From positions 65,018-90,931 of the forward strand of contig NC_009007.1 of assembly GCF_000012905.2 (NCBI RefSeq): DNA of 25,914 bases, written 5' to 3'. Below, piece after piece: positions 23,544-25,914 of this stretch. Source of the DNA: Cereibacter sphaeroides 2.4.1 (GTDB lineage Bacteria; Pseudomonadota; Alphaproteobacteria; Rhodobacterales; Rhodobacteraceae). How positions within the stretch are numbered: the first letter of the stretch is position 1; each line of letters starts with the position of its first letter. The position numbers were made by a program, and so were the translations under genes. The notes under the pieces are model-generated. The model saw nothing but the letters and a program-made list of their open reading frames with translations, did not search any database and was not told the origin of the DNA.

Positions 23544-24761
23544 TCATCCCACACGGCGCTGGAGCGCTATCAGTGATCCATGAAGGTTCAGGCTTCCGTT
23601 TCGAGCTCGTTCCGTCATGGCCCGCAGCATCCCGCCCGGGCTCCAGACGGGGTTCACCGGGCGATAGCGGTTGGCATCGAGAACTAGCACGCACAGCGCT
23701 GCTGGGAGATCGCCCATTGCATCGGCCGCATCGTCCCAGGCGCTGGCGTTGACACCAAGTGCTGGCAGGATCGCGATCGCCGCCTGAATGAAATCGTGCG
23801 CCGTGAGGGTGCTACCGCTACGTCGGCCGGCATCCAGATACATCTGCATGTCGGGAGACGCTGCCTCATAAAGCTGCGCCGGGGTGAAGGTTTCCAAATA
23901 TCCGGGCTTGAACCCTCGGTCGGCCAAGCCACGCTTTTTTTCGTAGTACGATGCCGTGCCGAACGGCGCGGCATCTGTCTTAATGCAGTCCGCCCGCTTG
24001 CGGGCGGTCCGCTCAATGGCGGAGGAGCCGCTACAGACAGGATTTTCTTTAGTTGTATCTTGTATATGAGGCCGGAAGGAGTTTTCCGGCACGCCGGAAG
24101 AATCTTGCTGCATTTCGAGGAGCTGGAGCGCCTCGCGCGTAGCGTTATCCACACATCGAAGGAGGGTGCGAAGCTCGCTCTCGCCCAAGCCGTCGTAGCG
24201 CCGAGGCATGGTCTCAAGGATCTCGGCCGGGCCGGGAGCCACTTTGTCCAGAGCGGCAAGACGACTGAGGGTCTGGCTCAGGATCCGGCGCGACGCCGAC
24301 ACGCGACGCTTCAGGATCTGACGCTCACGCTCTTCCGCCTCCAGCTGCTCCACAATGCGTAGCAAATGCGGGAACGATTCGATCAAGGGAGCAAACGAGA
24401 TGCCCTGGATAAGCTCGCCGCCGGCAAAGCGACCGCGACTGCCGTCAGCGGCAAGGTTTCGCTTTAGAAGGCCAAGCCGCTCGAGGCGCGCCTCCTGATA
24501 GCGCAGCGCGCGTGGTGTCACTCCGAGGCGCGCCGCCACTTGGGCCTGTTGCATGAAGCATACCGCGTCCCGCGTCTCATCCCGCCAGTCGCTGGGCCTC
24601 GTCGCCTGGATCATGACCAACAACGCACGCAGGCACGCGCTCGAGAGGCCCAAAGGCGCGCTGCACGCAGTGACTAGCCGCTCCACATCGCTGCGCTGAA
24701 ATCGACCGGGCAGGGTCGGGTAGGATTCTTCGGGTTCGGCCCGAAGCTGGTTCGTTAACAT
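23544..24761 (-). CDS. repC: RepC-family plasmid replication initiator, without adjacent repA/repB
   Basis: Blocks aligned by eye to RepC of repABC plasmids: VCFMQQAQVAARLGVTPRALRYQEARLERLGLL, QGISFAPL, RPHIQDTTKENP (compare ERHIQNSNPES), and LGVNASAWDDAADAMG...SPGGMLRAMTERARNGSLNL. The start is set at 24761 (AGGAAAGAGC before the ATG), giving 405 aa. Confidence 0.88.
   Translation of the reverse strand: MLTNQLRAEPEESYPTLPGRFQRSDVERLVTACSAPLGLSSACLRALLVMIQATRPSDWRDETRDAVCFMQQAQVAARLGVTPRALRYQEARLERLGLLKRNLAADGSRGRFAGGELIQGISFAPLIESFPHLLRIVEQLEAEERERQILKRRVSASRRILSQTLSRLAALDKVAPGPAEILETMPRRYDGLGESELRTLLRCVDNATREALQLLEMQQDSSGVPENSFRPHIQDTTKENPVCSGSSAIERTARKRADCIKTDAAPFGTASYYEKKRGLADRGFKPGYLETFTPAQLYEAASPDMQMYLDAGRRSGSTLTAHDFIQAAIAILPALGVNASAWDDAADAMGDLPAALCVLVLDANRYRPVNPVWSPGGMLRAMTERARNGSLNLHGSLIALQRRVG
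24041..24153. other. Candidate oriV inside repC: an AT-rich stretch plus a perfect DnaA-box consensus
   Basis: GATTTTCTTTAGTTGTATCTTGTATATG (24041-24068) is by far the most AT-rich stretch of the gene. TTATCCACA lies at 24145-24153. In characterised repABC replicons the origin lies within repC. Confidence 0.4.
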
Positions 24762-24768
24762 GCTCTTT

Positions 24769-24794
24769 CCTCGCTCTTTTTTTCGTGAGCGAGG
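24769..24794 (-). promoter_or_regulatory. Hairpin in the repC leader that sequesters the Shine-Dalgarno region
   Basis: On the mRNA strand: CCUCGCUC-acgaaaaaaa-GAGCGAGG, immediately followed by aaagagcAUG. The 3' arm contains the GAGG of the RBS. Confidence 0.4.
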
Positions 24795-24919
24795 CGGTCC
24801 CGGCATAGCTTCCTTGTTCGCAGAAACTGCGTTTTTCGCTTGCCTGATTATTGGGGAGACGCTACAACCGACCTTGATCTTTGAAGGTTGTTCAGGGTTG
24901 GCTCCCTGGGCTGTAGCAT

Positions 24920-24958
24920 CCCCCCCGCCGGTTACCGCCGCGCGGGGGTTACTTTTTT
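24920..24958 (+). terminator. Plus-strand rho-independent terminator antisense to the repC leader (3' end of a candidate ctRNA)
   Basis: CCCCCGC...GCGGGGG stem with an inner CGG/CCG, followed by ttacTTTTTT. The reverse complement has no trailing T-run, so it acts only on the + strand. Confidence 0.5.
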
Positions 24959-25327
24959 CTGTAGTGTCGCGTGTCCTTCCGAATCTGGCCGCCACCATGG
25001 CGTAGATTGCTGTATACGCCGATCTTGCCCCGAAATGTAGCAAAGACCACAAGCACCTGCGCCTAGCAAGGCGTGGGTGTCTTCATAATGAGCTGCGCAC
25101 GTCGGTTGTCCGCTCAGGGGGCGCTGCCCCCCCGCGATGCCGATGGCCGAGCGCAAGCGTCGGCGGGCCGGTATCCCCACCTTCCTCCGCCTGCGGCTCC
25201 GTGCAGGCGGGTGATCCCCCTCCGGCCCGCCGAGCCAGGCATCGCACCCCCCGCGTTCGCCACGCGGCAGACCGACATGGGCGCGTCCCGCGACCATGCC
25301 GATCAGCACGGATTTTGGAGAACCGTC

Positions 25328-25531
25328 ATGAGTAAGAAGCGAGCCACCACGGCTGTTATCACCCACAAGCTTTATGCACAGTGGCCCGGGCAGCCTGAGA
25401 CGCACATCGGCTTTCGCGCGATGACCAACATCGGGTCCAGCATCGAGATCCTGTTCGAGCCGCTGCATCTCGAGAACGCCTCCCTTAGAGCTGAGAGCTG
25501 GCGCGCCTCACCGAAGGCTGTTCCACAGTAG
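25328..25531 (+). CDS. Possible 67-aa protein (MSKKRATTAVITHKLYAQWPGQPETHIGFRAM...)
   Basis: GGAGA lies 6 nt upstream of the internal ATG of track ORF 25073..25531. No family was recognised. Confidence 0.3.
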   Translation: MSKKRATTAVITHKLYAQWPGQPETHIGFRAMTNIGSSIEILFEPLHLENASLRAESWRASPKAVPQ

Positions 25532-25914
25532 TCTGCGCAGCGAGAGCGGCTGGGAAGGCGATCAGGTTGCTCGCATCAAGGCGCGGAGCAACCCGCGTCT
25601 TCCCGACCCAACACCTGACGGACCCGGGCGTAAGCGGCACATGAGCCAGCCTCAACGCCAAACTGCGCCAGCAGTCGACGCAACGCCGCGTGTGATCGAA
25701 CGACTCGTGGCGCTGGGTGCGACCGCGAATAGAGAACAGCTCGCGCGTAAGCCCAAATCTACTGACAGACTGAACCCCGCCGTTCCCGCTCGCTGCAAAA
25801 GAGAGTTCAAGGTGCCATCACGTGTCTGGGTCGACATGTCGCAAGCCTCATTCCTGTGGATGAACACGAATTCCTCACTATCTGCCGCCGGCGATGAGAA
25901 TCTATATGATCTGA

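Noticed and set aside
23200-23752. ORFs of 164 aa (-) and 178 aa (+) covering repeat copy B, and the equivalent ORFs (22296..22645) at copy A
   Set aside because: They are translations of the structured repeat. The two copies would give different reading-frame ends, and there is no RBS or recognisable domain.
24762-25052. 97-codon N-terminal extension of RepC, and the 81-aa plus-strand ORF 24760..25005
   Set aside because: RepC similarity and a good RBS begin at 24761. The extension crosses the leader hairpin and the antisense terminator. The plus-strand ORF lies in the same regulatory region and has no support.

Overview
High-GC segment that looks like the backbone of an alphaproteobacterial-type conjugative plasmid. 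No rRNA, tRNA or CRISPR array is present. Recognisable modules, left to right: a SleB-like peptidoglycan hydrolase; a BrnT/BrnA toxin-antitoxin pair; a patch of debris from at least four IS elements (IS110, IS5/IS903-like, an HTH OrfA fragment, an IS5-type DDE fragment); a lone Mrr-cat nuclease-domain protein; a tightly coupled minus-strand operon (lipoprotein, TM-anchored DUF2726 nuclease-fold protein, internally duplicated small protein, two small proteins); a DsbA-like oxidoreductase; a DNA-transfer module (TraD/TrwB-type coupling protein, MOBF TrwC/TraI-type relaxase-helicase, one coupled unknown ORF); a lambda-lysozyme-like muramidase; a ParA plus RHH-like partner partition operon; a DUF932 gene; two orphan minus-strand genes; and a solo RepC replication initiator. 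No T4SS channel genes are in the window. The most unusual content is non-coding. (1) 57 in-phase NNNNCCGC octamers (32-bp higher-order unit) lie directly upstream of parA. (2) A 138-bp unit is repeated about 10.5 times downstream of the partition operon, with dimorphic mosaic sites and a 52-nt hairpin per unit. (3) A 202-bp multi-hairpin element occurs twice, plus a diverged partial third copy, each upstream of a minus-strand gene. It shows one compensatory base-pair change and G:T wobbles that fit only plus-strand folding. (4) Two adjacent 19-bp palindromes follow the relaxase operon. Many long ORFs in the supplied track are GC-driven shadow ORFs or repeat artefacts and are rejected. All family assignments rest on motif recognition by eye; no searches were run.
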